DNA from: Isurus oxyrinchus
Taxonomy: Eukaryota
Direction of reading: 5' to 3'
DNA length: 64,000 nt
Assembly: GCA_026770705.1 (NCBI GenBank)
Contig: JANJGN010000007.1
Coordinates: 103,106,001-103,170,000, forward strand
Position numbers and translations under genes: made by a program. Of the stretch, positions 24,823 to 37,610 are shown piece after piece (position 1 is the stretch's first letter; each line of letters starts with the position of its first letter). Below the pieces are notes generated by a model that made no database searches, was not told where the DNA came from, and was given only the letters and a program-made list of their open reading frames with translations.

Positions 24823-26557
24823 CTCATTTCAAGTGGTCGGGTTGCTCAATGAATCTGAGAGGTTGCGCCCTGTACTGTGCACAAAATGTTCAAGCTGAAG
24901 CTGCATTTTCAGCTCAGTTAATTTGGTAGTTTTTTTTTTTTACAGACAGTTCAAACGTATACAATCTGTACAAAGTATGAATAGTATGAATTATCACAAG
25001 TGATGGAGAGAGTTTGCTCCCAAGCACTAGGCTGACTCTGTGATTTTAATTATAACAAACTGCTGCTGCCTGAGGCTCAATAAATCACACTGAGCCATGA
25101 ATGACTTTCTGTAGGAGGCTTCCCGCACGCAGACATCGGCAAGCACTGAGCTGGAAGAGCTGTTGCCTGGCAACCAAGCCCTGGCTGATGAGCATCGCTC
25201 TCTATCCCAAGAAAAGAAGATGCTTGTAAGTGAGAGGAGGGGGATAAGGAGATGGATGTTTTTTTTTACACAGCAAGCAGAAGCACCAAGGGAAAGATTC
25301 AGAGCTGAATGTAAGAATCAGAATGATGGGGGAGGGGGAGCAGGGAGCGAAGGAGGGGAAGGAAGGGCGGGGGTGGGGAAATTTTGGAAAGCAACAATCA
25401 GAAAGACACAATATTCAACATCAAACAAGATTTTGAGCTATTATTCTCCCTATTGATATGCAGGAAGATGCACTGAGTGAGCAAACATGCACAGTATGGA
25501 TAAAATACATCAGCTGATTTCAATTTATTCAACACAACAATTTTTCTCCTTTTTCCTTACCCTTACTGAATGAATGGGGATCCCTCCCAATCTGTATGCT
25601 CATTTTTACGAGGGCAGTAACTGAGGTGCTACAATTGCCTTCAGCACCACTGCAAGGGAGAATAAATATCAGCCAGGGTTTCATACTATTCATACTTTGT
25701 ACACACATACACGTATGCGTGTGTGTGTGTATACAAACAGTGGGAAAGGCAGGATTGGGCTGGGTTCTGGGGACTTCATTGGTGGGCTGTCTGTGCAATG
25801 AGATGATGCCCACAAATAGCATCATCAGAAGAGGGGAAAAAAAAACAAAATCATGTTTACTGTTTGCCCCAAAGTAACTATTATCCCATATTTTTATAGA
25901 AATGGAGAAATGTGATTGTTCAGTCTGCTCTCATTAGAGGTTACTGGCAGTGTAGGGGAGAGGGGGAGCAGGGGGGATGTGGGGGGAGAAGAGGGATCCA
26001 GTGTAGGAGAGGAGGGGAGAGCTACAGTGTGGGAGCAGAGATAGGAGCAGGCGCCAGTGTAGGGGAGCAGTGGTGAATAAAACTGCTGAGCTAGGCCACA
26101 AATTGCTATTCTGATGGGGGAAACATGATAAAGTGGAATATAAATTGATCTTGGGCAGTCACACAATAGAAAATTGGCAGCTTGTTTTGCTCAAGATTAA
26201 TTTATATCCCCATGATTTTTAACAGAATCTTGGTTGAAGTTAGGGCAGGACTGGGACTCAATACGCTACCCCTCCTGAGCGTTGTGCAAGACAAATGAGT
26301 GGAAGGGCAGTACTGCTAATCAAAGCTTTCATTTTAGCAAATAGGATGTTATTGGGAGCCAGTGTAAAGCTTGATTCTATTTTGTTGGAGTTAAGGAATA
26401 AGAGCAGAATCCATTGGAAAAGTATTACAAACTACCAAATAGTGGAAAGGAGGCAGAGGATGAAATGTGTAAACAAATTAGGGACAAATAACTGGGATAA
26501 CAGTAATGTATGTGAAAGAGAAGGGGAGGGTTTTCTGTCTAGATCAGTGTATTTTTT

Positions 26558-26890
26558 TTATTCATTCATGGGACATGGGTCTTGCTGGCTAGGCCAGCAT
26601 TTATTGCCCATCCCTAATTGCCCTTGTTCAACGGGTATTTTAGAGTCAACTATATTGCTGTGTGGTAGACCAGGTAAAATTTTCTTTCCTAAAGAACATT
26701 AGTGAACCAGATGGGTTTCTATGACAATCGACAACTATTTCATGGTCATCATCAGACTTTTAATTCCAGGTTTTTATTGAATTCAAATTCCACCATCTGC
26801 ATGGTGGGATTTGAACCCAGGTCCCCACAGCATTACCCTAAGTCTCTGGAATACCAGTGCAGTGGCAATACAACTGTGCCACCACCTCCC
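26558..26890 (-). mobile_element. tRNA-derived SINE with LINE-B tail
   Basis: ttcattcatgggacatggg…ggccagcatttattgcccatccc tail; gggatttgaaccc B-box-like head near 26806-26818. Confidence 0.75.
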
Positions 26891-27920
26891 CAAATACTGT
26901 TAACACAAGGGAGCAGTTGGTGCTGAATCTAGATCTGCAAATGAAGTTGGATGAAGTAAGGGTAGGGGGCATCTAAAAAAGTGATCAGGTCAGTATTAGG
27001 TTTGATTAAGAATTGAAGGGTGGACAAGCTAAGAATAAAGAGTTTGACTGGAAAAAAACAATTTCAGCAGGATAAAAGAATCAGTCTAATAAACTGGCAA
27101 GAAAAACGCAGATATGACAGTGGACAAACAATGAGATTGATTCAAACTTAATGTACAAATCAAACACATTTCAACGTGAAATAAGGGGTGAAGTAAAGGA
27201 GATGCACAATAATCTGGACTACATTAGATAAGCAGAGAAATTAAAATTGAAACAGGATTTCAAGAGGAGTTTGACAAATCTAGGGCTTTAACAGAACAGA
27301 AAATCACTGTTAAAATAGAGGAAGGAAAAAGGATTTGGAAGAAAAGGAAAATGACAAAAGATTTTATAAGCACAAAATGTGGAAGAACATTTAAAAGAGT
27401 AGGGTTGATTAGAAATTAAAAAAGGACACGTTCTTAAAGGGAAATAGTTGAGATACTGCGCAAGCATATTTCCTCGGTTTCCTGGAAGTGAAGGGTATTA
27501 GGAATAAAACCATCCAAGATGACATTAAGGAGCAATCAGATAGGAAAACGATGACGAGGGGGTATTAAAAAAGTTGGTGCTGCTCACAAGTGAAAAAGGT
27601 ACTGCATCCTAGGATACCAAGGGAAGTCAGAGTGGAAATAGAAGTGGCTCTGACCACAACCTTTTAAACATCCTTTGATAAAGAAATTGCATCAGACAAC
27701 TGGACAGTTGGGAATGCAAAATCTGTGCTCAGAAAGGTAAGGATAGGCCAGTCAACCTAACTTTGGTATTGGGTAAGCATCTACCTCCATCGCTAAGGGA
27801 CGCGTTAATGTTCACTTATAAGGGCATAGGCTAATCAATGAGGCAGTAGATGTGCAAAAAAATTCATATCTGACAAAAAGAACTCAAAATGCTGTAACAA
27901 TGGAATTTCAAAAAATATTT

Positions 27921-28165
27921 ATAAAAACAAAAAAACTGCGGATGCTGGAAATCCAAAACAAAAACAGAATTACCTGGAAAAACTCAGCAGGTCTGGCAGC
28001 ATCGATGGAGAAGAAAAGAGTTGACGTTTCGAGTCCTCATGACCCTTCGACAAAACTTGACAGAACAATTCTGTCGAAGGGTCATGAGGACTCGAAAATT
28101 CAACTCTTTTCTTCTCCGCCGATGCTGCCAGACCTGCTGAGGTTTCCATGTAATTCTGTTTTTGC
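27921..28165. mobile_element. palindromic young PLE insertion with two opposed hammerhead motifs
   Basis: 14-bp TSD TTCAAAAAATATTT (27907-27920, 28166-28179); arms 27921-28057 (-) and 28067-28165 (+). Confidence 0.9.
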
Positions 28166-28892
28166 TTCAAAAAATATTTGATCAGATGATTATTGACAAA
28201 ATGAAAGCACACAGTACTAATGGGAATGTGGTAGAAGGGTTAGGAATTTGGGATTCTGGTTCTTACAACAGCACTGAAAAGTTAAGCAAAAAATGTGAAG
28301 ACTGTAGAGGAATACAGAGGTAGTTCACTACACCAGAGAATGACAGGCCTTTGATTATGTGGGCAGACTTGAGAAACTAGGCTTGCGAGAGCTGAGAAGG
28401 TTAACAAAAAGGCATTCAAAATTATGAGCACTGTGATAAAATAAATTGGGAAAACCATTTCGATTAAGAGGTCAATCAACAATTAGAGTTTATAAATTTA
28501 AAGATAATAACCAAATGGATGAAGGCTGCATTAAGATGAATTATTTTGTTCACATAGAGGATGTGCTAACAAAAACTGAGACTGAAGCAGAATGCACAAC
28601 AAGTTGATAAATATTTGAAAAAGCATTTGGAAAGAGGGACTTTAGTCTATGACCTTCTGGCTAAGAGGTGAGAGCTCTACCACTCAGGTAAAGTTAGAAA
28701 AGTACAGATGGCGTGCAAGCTTTTCATTCCTAGACAGTAATACAGATCTAGGGGTTCCAATGACTCAGATGATTAGAGCAAAGTTGAGTGGATTCCGGAA
28801 GTAAATCTGAATCCTGAGGTTAGGTTATACCTGATCTCAGTTTATCTCTGTTGCTGAAGATAGTTGAGCCTAAGGCACTAGCCTGAAGAACT

Positions 28893-29390
28893 GAGTGTGA
28901 TGGGATACTCTCTACTTGTCTGGATGAGTGCAGCTCCAACAAAACTCAAGAAGCTCAACACCATCCAGGACAAAGCAGCCCACTTAACTGGTACCTCATC
29001 CACCTACTTAAACATTCACTCCCTCCGCCATCGACAGACAGTGATGCAGTGTGTACCACCTACAAGAGGCACTGCAGCAACTCACCAAGGCTCCTTTGAC
29101 AGTACCTTCCAAACCCATGACCTAGAAGGACAAGGGCAGCAGACACATGGGAATACCACCACCTGGGAGTTCCCCTTCAAGCCACACACCATCCTGACTT
29201 GGAAATATATCACTGTTCCTTCACTATCGCTGGGTCAAAACCCTGGAACTCCCTTTCTAATAGAATTGTGGGTGTACTCTCACCATGGATTGCAGCAAGA
29301 AGGCAATTCGCCACCACCTTCTCAATGGCAATTAGGGATGGGCAATAATTGCTGGCCTAGCCAGCGATGTTCACATCCTGTGAACAGATA
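28893..29390 (+). mobile_element. LINE family B 3' fragment
   Basis: ORF 28897..29391, WMSAAPTKLKKLNTIQDKAAHL, plus the family tail. Confidence 0.85.
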
Positions 29391-30499
29391 ATTAAAAATC
29401 TGGTGTGCATTCTTAAAATAAATACTGCCCAATAAAAGGAAACTGCAAGCCCAACACACCAATACAGCAAATTGTACAGAATCTGACAACCCTCATTGCC
29501 CATCCCCCACCCCTGTCCCCTGTGCGTCAATTCAGAACAGATGCACCAAAAGGACTTTAACCAGCCTATCACACTTATACGGAACTGACATAAGTATGTG
29601 CGGCCAATGGTTCATTCTGCATTTTTCCACTGGCACAGATAAAAAGATATCTCATTCCTGTGTCTAACATGACACACAACAGTGTTAACAAAACTGAGAA
29701 ACTTGCAGCAAGCCACAGATCAGAATGATAACTGCCACAAACTGGGTGACAGTAGAAAATGAGCATGTTACACATGTTTATTCCTGTTCACAGTTTTAAG
29801 GATTATTTTGCATTGGGGAAATGCAGACAATGGCAGATACAATGCCCCTATCCCCCATCAGCAACACCTCATGTTGCAAACACCCCAATCTTTGAGAAAC
29901 TTACATGTCATTGTAGACCCTTGGAAATTACCAAAGGATCAGATTTTCTGCAAAGTCAGCTGGTACCTAACATCTCCATTCTCAATCAACCCAAAGCAAC
30001 ATGTAAAATGTGAGAACTGTTCAGGTGATAGGAGCTAAGATAAAAATCTGTGCAGTGAAAGCAGCACCAATGTCTCCCTTCCTTTGTTCCCCATTTAAAT
30101 GTTCATGCCCAAAGTTGGACCTGGCATTTACGTAGCACCTGTAATGTAGTAAAATGTTCCAAGAATTTTGACACTGAGCCACACGAAGAGATATCAGGAC
30201 AGGCAATCAAAAGTTAGTCAGAGGTAAATTCTAAGGAGTGTCTTAAAATGAGGAGCAGTTTAGGGAGGGAATTCCAGAACTTAGGGTCTAGATAACGGAA
30301 GGCAGCTGTCTCCAGCAGGACAAAGGCAGTGGAAGGATGAACAAGAGGCCTGAATTCAAAGATTTTTCTGAGTGCTGTAGGAGGTCATAGAGACAGGGAG
30401 AGGTGAGGCCATGGAGGAATTTGAACACAAGGATGAGAATTTTAAATTTGAGGTGAATGGGGCTTGGTGCGAGTTAGGAAACAGGCAACAGAGTTTATG

Positions 30500-30808
30500 A
30501 AGAAGAAAAGAGTTGACGTTTCGAGTCCTCATGACCCTTCGACAGAACTTGAGTTCGAGTCCAAGAAAGAGTTGAAATATAAGCTGGTTTAAGATGTGTG
30601 GGGGGGAGCGGAGAGAGAGAGAGAGAGAGAGAAGTGGAGGGGGGGTGGTGTGGTTGTAGGGACAAACAAGCAGTGATAGAAGCAGTGATAGAGGACTCGA
30701 AACGTCAACTCTTTTCTTCTCCGCCGATGCTGCCAGACCTGCTGAGTTTTTCCAGGTAATTCTGTTTTTGTTTTGGATTTCCAGCATCCGCAGTTTTTTT
30801 GTTTTTAT
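30500..30808. mobile_element. young PLE insertion with internal inversion
   Basis: 13-bp TSD AACAGAGTTTATG (30487-30499, 30809-30821); minus arm 30500-30690, plus arm 30691-30808. Confidence 0.9.
30511..30549 (-). ncRNA. minimal type-I hammerhead ribozyme motif (PLE-borne, variant core)
   Basis: Minus strand: AGTT CTGTCGA A GGGTC atgag GACTC GAAA C GTC^ AACT. Stem I AGTT/AACT, stem II GGGTC/GACTC, GAAA, palindromic ACGT in place of stem III, GUC cleavage triplet. Confidence 0.65.
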
Positions 30809-31974
30809 AACAGAGTTTATGGTTGAGCTCAAGTTTACAGACTGTAGAAGATTGAAGGCTGGCTAGGAAAGCCTTGAAATAGGCTGGAAATGAGGAGCCT
30901 TTGGAACAGCATTAGTTGGATAGGGCGACATGTGGGTGTGGAGGATATAGGATCAGGTTCAATTGTGATGTGCTCCATAACATGTAGGCATTCTGAACTC
31001 TCAAATGAAGAGTAGCCACTTGGGTAATGCTGGTGCCCATGAGATCTGTAACCAACTGCTTTCAGGAGAAGAGGAGGAGAAAACAGTGGTGTGCAGGCAA
31101 GGCGGCAATGATGAGGATTACAAGAAGTTGCTGGCCATTGTTCAGGAAAGTCAAATGTATAAGAGATATAAATCCACTCAACTATATGGTGGATGCAGAA
31201 TCAATAGTAACTTTCAAAACAACATACTTGAAAAGGAAACATTTGTCAGGTTATGAGAAAAGGACAAGGGAGTAGGAAAATGGGATAGCTCTTTCAAAGA
31301 GCTGGCACAAGAACTATGGGCCTTTTATGAAGGAATTAAAATTATGAGCTGAAACGCATGATTGACAGAATCCAAATGCAGATTATTTGCACATTCTCTT
31401 CAAAGATATTTCTACTTGAAGTTCAGTAACATCAGCTTCAGGATCAGCGCTCTCTTTAATGAGCACTACCCAAGGGCCTGCGCTAAACACTCAACACTAT
31501 AGCACAAACACAGAACTGTAAGAGCAGAGATTGCCTTTAACAATTTGCTCTGTTTGAACAGAAAGTGCTGTCACCCTCTTTGACATCAGTTATCAAGACT
31601 GCAGATGTGTCTGGACATCGAGATGAACTGGTCGAGTAAGGGGTGATGTGTCCCTGGGAATGTTGAAATGATCAATGCAATATGGGAGCTTCGGGAGGAA
31701 TATTTGTTCAGAAATCAGTTAGAAGGGAGTGTCAGAGGCTGGAACGAGGGGGCTATCAGGGTATGGCAGATGGTGGCGGGAGCTAGAACTGAGGAATTAT
31801 GTTAGGGTGGGCTGTGGACCATGAAGATAGTTGGCAGGGTGGTGGTCAGGCTGCCATGGTCAGCAGTGGGAACTGTAGGAGCAATTTAATAGTGTCACTG
31901 ATAAAATCAGTGATGGGAGTTTTCTTGGAGTAATACTGCAGTTGGTTGGGTGGGGTGAGGGGAGGGGGAAGATT

Positions 31975-34842
31975 ATACCATATTACACCAAAGAATCATA
32001 TAAGAGTAGGGAAAATTGACAATAGGGCAAACTTAAAGGCTTTGTATCTGAATGCATGTAGCATACGGAATAAAACTTATGAGTTAACAGCACAAATTGA
32101 GAAAAATAGGTGTGATTTGGTGGCGATTACTGAGACATGGTTACAGGGAGAACAGGTTTGGGAGTTGAATATCCAAGGGTACTGAGTGTTTTGGAAGGAT
32201 AGGCAAGAAAGAAAAGGAAGTGGTGTAGCTTTGTTAGTAAAGGGAGAGAGCAGTGCTGTAGTGAGGAATGACATAGGCACTGGAAAGCAAGACGTAGAGT
32301 CAGTCTGGGTAGAAATAAGAAATAGCAAGGGAAAGAAGTCCCTGGTGGGAGTAACCTATAGGTCCCCAAACAGTAGTTCAGCAGTAGGGCACAGTATAAA
32401 CCAGGAAAGACTGGGAGCATGTAAGAAAGGCATGGCAATAATCATGGGTGATTTTAATATGCATACAGACTGAATTAATCAAATTGGCAAGGGAGCCTCA
32501 AGGGAGAGTTCAAAGAGTGTATTAGAGATTGTTTCTTGGAGCAGGCTATTCGGGATTTGGTTTTGTGTAATGAGATGGGATTAATTAATGATCTCATTGT
32601 AAAGGATCCTCTAGGGAAGAGTGATCATAGTATGCTAGAATTTCAAGTTCAGTTTGAGAGCGAGAAACCTGAGTCCCACACTAGTGTTCTGGAGTTAAAC
32701 AAAAGTAACTACGTAGGCATGAGGGCAGATTTGGCCCTAGTGGACTGGGCAGGAAGACTACAAGGTGGCACAGTTGATGAACAGTGGCAGATATTTAAGG
32801 GGATATTAAATTCCAAGTAAAATATATTCCAAAGAGGAGGAAAGATGGTAAGAGGGGGGAAAAGCATCCATGGCTAAGCAAGGAAGTTAAAGATAACATA
32901 AAGGCAAAAACTAAGGCATACCAAATTGCAATGGTCAGTGGCAGGCTGGAAGGTTGGGAAACTTTTAAAGATCAACAAAAGGCTACCAAAAAACAATAAA
33001 AAGAGCAAAGGTAAATTATGAAAGAAAGCTAGTGCAAAATGTAAAAGCTCAAAGCAAAAGCTTCTACAAGTATATAAATGGAAAGAGAGTAGTAGCTAAA
33101 GTAAATGTTGGTCCCTTGGAGGATGAGACTGGGGGGTTAAAAGTGGGAAAAGCAGAGACGCTTAATCAATATTTTGCCTCAGTTTTCACGGTGGAGGACA
33201 CTAGTACCACCCCAATAGTAACAGGCAATGCAGAGGCTATAGAGAAGGAGGAACTTAGAACAAGCACCATTGCTAGAGAAAAAGTACTGAGCAAACTACT
33301 GAAATTAAAGGGTGACAAGTCCCCAGGGCCTGATGGCTTTCATCCCAGGGTCTTAAAGGAAGTGGCAGCAGAGATAGTGGATGCATTGGCTATAATATTC
33401 CAAAATTCCCTGGATTCTGGAAAGGTTCCAGTGGATTGGTAAAATGCTAATATAACGCCCTTTTTCAAAATAAAAGGGGTGGGGGGAGGCAGAAAGTAGG
33501 AAACTATAGACCAGTTAGTTTAACGTCTGTATTTGGGAAATTGTTGGAATCCATTATTAAGGAAGTAGTAATGGAGCATTTGGAAAGTCAAAATGCAATC
33601 CAACACAGTCAACATGGTTTTATGAAGGGTAAATCATGTTTGACTAATTTGCTAGAGTTCTTTGAAGATGTGACAAGCAAAATGGATAATGTGGATCCTG
33701 TAGATGTAGTATATCTGGACTTCCAGGAGGCCTTTGATAAGGTGCCACACAAAAGATTAATTCACAAGATAAGGTCACATGGAGTTAAGGGTAATATATT
33801 AGCTTGGATAGAGGATTGGCTAACCAACAGAAAGCAGAGAGTCGGAATAAATGGGTCTTTTTCTGGATGGTAAGCTGTAACTAGTGAGGTGCCACAGAGC
33901 TTAGACCTTGGGCCCCAACTATTTACAATCTATATTAATGATTTGGATTCAGGGATAGAAGATACTATAGCTAAATTTGCAGATGACACCAAAACAGGTG
34001 AGAAAGTAAGTTGCAATGAAGAAATAAGAAATTTACTAATGGATATGGACAGGTTAGGTGAATGTGCCAAAATTTGGCAGATGGAGTTTAACGTGGATAA
34101 GTGTGAGGTTATCCATTTTGGTCGGAAGAATAAAAAGGTGACTTATTATTTAAATGGAGAGAAATTTCAGAATGCTTCAGTGTAGAGGGAACTGGATGTC
34201 CTCGTGCATGAATCGCTGAAAGCTAGTAATAAGGCAGGCAAATGGAATTTTGGCATTTATTGCTAAAGGAATAGAGTAAAATAGGGAAGTGTTGTTGCAA
34301 TTGTACAAGACATTGGTGAGACCGCACCTGGGATACTGTGCACAGTTTTGGTCCCCTTACTTGACGAAGGATGTAGTTGCATTGAAGGCGATTCAGAGGA
34401 GGTTCACCAGATTGACTCCAGAGATGTGGGGCTTGTCTTATGAGGAGAGATTGAGCAGTTTAGGCTGATACTCGCTAGAGTTTAGAAGGATGAGAGGAGA
34501 TCTAATTGAGGTATGACAAAGTAGACTTGGAGCGGATGTTTTCCCTGGAGCAGATCTTTTAGGCTAAGGGGTGGTAGATTTAAGTCAGAGATGAGGAGGA
34601 ATTACTCAAAAAGTCGTGAATCTGTGGAATTCACCACCTCAGAGTGCAGTGGATGCCGGCTCGCTGAATAAATTTGAGGAAATAGTCAGATTTTTAATTA
34701 TTTAATGGGTTGAAAGGTTATGGGGAGAGGGCGGGAAATTGGAGTTGAGGCTGAAATGAGATCAGCCATGATTGTATTGAATGGTGGGGCAGGCTCCATG
34801 GGCTGAATTGCCTACTCCTGCTCCTAGTTTCTTATGTTCTTA
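31975..34842 (+). mobile_element. CR1 LINE near-complete ORF2 (APE + RT), with stops and frameshifts
   Basis: LYLNACSIRNK, AITETWL, IMGDFN, LGKSDH, KSPGPDGFHPRVLKE, QHGFMKGKSCLTNL, YLDFQEAFDKVPH, FADDTK; ends cctactcctgctcctagtttcttatgttctta. Confidence 0.93.
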
Positions 34843-35204
34843 TAATACATTAGTGCTTTTTAAATAATACAGGCCTCCCTCCCAATTTGCTGTGCAGAAT
34901 CTCATGCTAAGGAAAGGCAAATCTTAATGTAAAAGGGAACCGGCTTTTAAATGGCTGATTGCTTTTAAAAGTGGAGGAGAAATGCACTCAAACAGTTTAG
35001 ATCTGCTTCTCAGATACAACTGGGCTCTGGGGTGGGGGAGGGTGGGTTTGACCAGTAATGATAACAATTCAGTGGGGTTGGGTGGGATGTTGAGTTGAAG
35101 GGAATTGGTAATGGAAAGCAGATGCTGAATTTCATTGTGTAGGGCAGATGATGTTGTGGAAGCATAGCGTAATTAGGTAAACTGAGGACAGCATGACAGA
35201 ACAA

Positions 35205-35668
35205 ACTTTCATTTGACACCTTTCACGATTCTGTGTCCCAAAGCTCTTTACAGCCAATAAAATTCTTCTGAATTGTAATTGACTTTGCAGAAAATCTGAT
35301 CCTTTGGCTAATTTCCAAGGGCCTACAATGTCATGTAAATTGTAATGTAGGAAAAGTGGCAGCTAATCTGTGTGCAGCAAGGTCCCATGTGAAAAGAGCC
35401 AAATATTCAGCAATGATCATTGAGGGCTAAATATTGGCTAGGATACTGAAGGGAACACCTCTGCAGTAGGTCTTTTTATGCTCACCTGAGGGGGAAGATG
35501 AGATCTAGGTTTAACGTCTCACTTGAAGGACGGCATCTTCAACAGTGCGCTATTCCCCTCAGTACTGCACTGGATTGTCAGTTCAGATTCTGCGCTCAAG
35601 TTTCTGGTTGTGGGATTGTTGAGCCCACAATTTTTGACTCTGATGAGGCTTCCGACTGAGCTACAGCT
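35205..35668 (-). mobile_element. Deu-domain SINE, near full length
   Basis: ggtttaacgtctcacttgaaggacggcatcttcaacagtgc…cagtactgcactggattgtcag, plus head and L2-type tail. Confidence 0.7.
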
Positions 35669-36139
35669 GTTAAGTATAGACAACGTGTATAATTTAAACA
35701 AGAGGCTGAGGTATGACAGTAAAAGATGTGAGAAGGAAGTGTTGGATGAAAAATTGATGCTCATGGTAAAGGGCAGGTGACTTACTTCATATAAAGCAAT
35801 CATTTGTTATGGTGGAGCTGTGTCCGTTTAAATCCAGGGTCTAACTATTAAGCAAACACAGGCCAAGGTGCAAGGTTTAACTGCTGTTAGGGTAGAATAT
35901 TTCACCGATTGGTACTTGCCCCTCAACCTCAATTTATATATCGGGGCGCCCGGTATTTGAAGGTTGCTTTGCATCTGTGACAAACTGTGTCATCTATATG
36001 TTTTAAATATATCACCAGCAGGTCACCTGTTGTGTTACTGATGGTGAGTTGGAGATGTTGTCTTAAATGGAGTGAAATTTTTGATGAATTTTTAAGGTGA
36101 ATCGGTGTCCCATGAAGACCACAGAGGTCCAATTGCTGA

Positions 36140-36480
36140 GTAAACTCTCCACTGGCTGGGGTCATGCCTTGCACAAAGGAAGATGGCTGTGGTTGTTGGA
36201 GGTCAATCATTTCAGTTCCAGGACATCACTGCAGGAGTTCCTCAGGGTAGTGACCTTGGCCCAACCATCTTCAGCTGCTTCATCAATGACCTATCCTCTA
36301 CCATAAGTCAGAAGTGGGGATGTTCCCTGATGATTACATAGTGTTTAATTCCATGTGGAACTCTTCACATAATGAAGCAAATGAGGGCTGCACGCAGCAA
36401 GACCTGGACAACATTCAGGCTTGAGGTAATAATTGCAAAGCAACACTTGAGTCACACAAGTGCCAAGCTATGACATCGCC
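36140..36480 (+). mobile_element. LINE family B RT fragment
   Basis: gcaggagttcctcagggtagtgaccttggcccaaccatcttcagctgcttcatcaatgacc (AGVPQGS.LGPTIFSCFIND). Confidence 0.75.
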
Positions 36481-37169
36481 AAGTGCAAAGCAGGTCAGTT
36501 TTCTTTCAATACAGTATGTCAAGTTACCCTCTAAGTTTTACACCTCCTGAAATTTGTAATGTTACAATGCAAATTTTTATTGGGTATTATATTACTGGAG
36601 AATTTAATGTGAGCCTACATACTGTAAATTAAAGTCAAAAGCACCTTGTCAGGCCAAACAGATTATTCCGCTGTGACGTGTAGTGAAAGCCTGTTTTAAT
36701 CTTGGCACTGGAATTGATTAATAAACTTTGTTGCTTGAGTTTCAACTGTACATTTGAAAACATTGCTTTTGTTTCTTTGTTGCTATTAACTCCTGTATTA
36801 TCATCCTGTCCTGACCAAGTTCAATGCTTCAGTGTGCCCCCACAAGACACTCACCCTCATTCAGAATCCTACACATACACACCCCCACCCATGCCTACAG
36901 CCCCTGCCCATCCCCCATCCCTAAGGCCTCCTCCAGCTCAATGTCTCTGTGTGAACCTCTCACACTTGGCTCCATCTGCTCCACCATCACTGTTCCTACA
37001 ACCTCTGCCTTCTGGAACTGTCTCCTTCATCACCTCTGCCTTAGCACCTCTCTCCCTTCAAGAATTTTGTAACACTCTCCTTCCCAACTTTTATACTATT
37101 TGTACTCACATTAAGTTCTGCTCTTCCACTCATGTTCACCAGCCTGCATTGACTCCTGGTCTGCTAAAA

Positions 37170-37530
37170 TCTTGAATCTGAAATTCTCATCTTTGCACTC
37201 AAATCCCTTCAAGACCTCACCCTTTCACTCTTGCCAATTTTTGCAACTTCCTCCAGCCCTGTTATCCTCCATGATTTCTATGTTCCTACAATTCTAGCCT
37301 TTTGCACAGCCCCAATTTTAAATTTCTTCATCAACTGGGGGCTGGGCTTCAGCTGACTTGGTCCCAAGCTCTAATTTCTCTCCTTAAACATCTCTGCTCT
37401 TCATTCCTCCTTTAAGATGCATCTTAAAACTTATCTCTTCCCTGTACGATTATCTCCAGCACCAAATTTAGTTTGATAATGCTGGGAAAGTTTACCATGT
37501 TAAAGGCACTTCTATAAAGACAAATTGATG
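37170..37530 (+). mobile_element. L2-type LINE 3' fragment
   Basis: aaattctcatc…tcaaatccct…ctcctttaagatgcatcttaaaac…gttaaaggcac. Confidence 0.6.
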
Positions 37531-37610
37531 TTTAACTTGGTGCTTGCTGACTTTTGTCTTCCTTTATTCCCCAACCCAAATGGCCTCTCACTATCCTCTG
37601 CCTATATTTC

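Larger units (their letters stand above)
26200..28620 (+). mobile_element. old, heavily degenerate CR1 ORF2
   Basis: Remnants taacagaatcttggttga (TESWL), gcaagcatatttcctcggtt, gacaactggacagttgggaatgc, ggccagtcaacctaac, in CR1 order. Confidence 0.6.
30125..30890 (-). mobile_element. L2-type LINE fragment hosting a PLE
   Basis: tttagggagggaattccagaacttagggtctag; gaatttgaacacaaggatgagaattttaaatt. Confidence 0.65.
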
